This document shows, one piece after another, positions 62,801-64,000 of a DNA stretch of 64,000 nt (within the stretch, counting starts at the first letter, position 1; every line of letters begins with the position of its first letter). The position numbers and the translations under genes are program-made. The notes below the pieces were generated by a model. The model did not search any database. It was given only the letters and a program-made list of their open reading frames with translations, and was not told the origin of the DNA. The DNA is from Azolla caroliniana (lineage: Eukaryota; Plantae; Polypodiophyta). The stretch is taken from the NCBI GenBank assembly GCA_043228905.1, contig JBHGNT010000001.1, forward strand, positions 16,368,001-16,432,000, written 5' to 3'.

Positions 62801-63317
62801 ACCCATCCTAGACAGATGATGGGGTAGTCAATTCGGAGTCGACCATCTCCGAAGGATAGGAAACTGAATTTACCTTCATACTTTTGCACGAGCATCTTCG
62901 CTTGCTAAATGTGATCGAGCGGTTGCACCAATCCACTATTGGATTGTGCGCCTCCAACCACGTTAGTCCTAAGACGATCGGATGTCGAGGAGATGCGATG
63001 AGGTAAAAGGCGAGCTCCTCTTGGTGTGAGCCCACCCGAAGCCCTAATGGGATTGTAGCTTGAGTAATTGCACCTGACGAGAGGACGCACCCGTCGATGG
63101 CTTCAACTGGAATGGGTTTTGAGAGGCCAACGACAGGTACGCCATGTGCTTGGGCAAACGCGACGTCGATGAAGCAAGAAGATGCCCCAAAATCAAGTAA
63201 AGCAACAGACTGAATGGAACTAGAGTTAAACGAAAGCCATACCTCCAATGTGAAATTGCCTGATGGTCCGGCAATGGAACCAAGAGAATGTGGGCGACGG
63301 GAGATGTCCAGTTGCAT
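59815..63317 (-). pseudogene. pol: Element J pol with a few lesions
   Basis: ALLDFGASSCFID; LCVDYRGLN, YLDDILIFS, VETDASDFAIG, HDEPLAGH, ISMDLI, HPQTDGQTER; chromodomain EEYEVDQILDSR..YLVLWRGYPMSEATWEP; stops at 62808 and 59970. Confidence 0.93.
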
Positions 63318-63322
63318 GGCTC

Positions 63323-64000
63323 CTACTGCAACCGAACGATGTCGTTTTCCGGATGTTGGGGTCCGTTAGCTCGATGGAATTGTGGGCGAGTACTCCTAGG
63401 ACAATGGCGAACGACATGACCGGAGGCGCCACAATACATGCACAAGCCATTAGCCCGCCGAAATTGTCGTTCAACATCAGTCAATGGCCGAAATCGGGCT
63501 TGATCAATTTCCATGGGGACAGGAGCATCTGCCGAAGTAGGCGAGTGTGAGGATGCTTGGGGTTGTATGACCGGGGCGTGGCGTGGAAGTGAATGAGGTG
63601 GAACCCAAGTCCGGCGCTCTTCTTGGCGAAATTTGAAAAGACGATTGTCACAATGGACTGCTTGTGAAATCGCTTGGGATAACGAGGTGGGCTCCAGAAA
63701 GTTTAAGAGAAGATTCTTGACATTGCTTCGAAGACCGCGCCGAAAGTGATCAGCTAAAGCTTGATCATCCCAATTGACGTCGCATGCTAGTTGTCGAAAT
63801 TCGGAAGCATAGACCGAAGCTGCACGTGAACCTTGTTCGAGTGCATAAATCTTGTTAAGAGTTGTACGTCGTCGGTCCGTCTCTCCAAATGTGGCCTCTA
63901 ACTCGGCGAGGAAGGTGGGAAAGTCCTCCAATAAAGGTGATGAGGTTTCTACCAATGGTGCAAACCAAGCTTGGGCCGGACCGGAGAGAAGGGTGCCCAC
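63323..64000 (-). CDS. gag: Element J gag, C-terminal part
   Basis: YASEFRQLA..W..FRRGL, PVPMEID, CMYCGASGHVVRHC. Confidence 0.9.
   Translation of the reverse strand: MGTLLSGPAQAWFAPLVETSSPLLEDFPTFLAELEATFGETDRRRTTLNKIYALEQGSRAASVYASEFRQLACDVNWDDQALADHFRRGLRSNVKNLLLNFLEPTSLSQAISQAVHCDNRLFKFRQEERRTWVPPHSLPRHAPVIQPQASSHSPTSADAPVPMEIDQARFRPLTDVERQFRRANGLCMYCGASGHVVRHCPRSTRPQFHRANGPQHPENDIVRLQ

Larger units (their letters stand above)
59453..64000 (-). mobile_element. Element J: Tcn1-like chromovirus (runs off the right edge)
   Basis: 3' LTR 59453-59805; PPT AAGAAGGGGGATAA on - at 59806-59819; gag, PR, RT-RH-INT-chromodomain. Confidence 0.92.

Overview
Gene-free, retrotransposon-saturated land-plant DNA; the element types suggest a bryophyte, lycophyte or fern, but that is inference. 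Almost all of the 64 kb resolves into a nest of LTR retrotransposons, mapped by LTR termini, PBS/PPT and TSDs. (1) A Copia element with an open gag-pol at the left edge and several decayed Copia pol remnants. (2) A tRNA-Trp-primed Ty3/gypsy family with TGTCG...CGACA LTRs and 4-bp CpG-centred targets: element A 3797-10868, gag-only element E, element I and solo LTRs. (3) A tRNA-Arg-primed non-chromovirus family with a long extra ORF: B 14052-21939, C 29318-39184, remnant D and a solo LTR. (4) Chromoviruses F and J. (5) A 5'-truncated LINE with a probable 3' transduction. The top observation: B and C have no polypurine tract. In its place, exactly 2 nt before the 3' LTR, each carries a sense copy of a tRNA-Arg-like 3' end (GTCCCAC..GCRTGCCA) preceded by a covarying mini-hairpin. 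This is an inverted second PBS and suggests tRNA-primed or tRNA-mimic-primed plus-strand synthesis. All calls were made by eye; no database searches were run.
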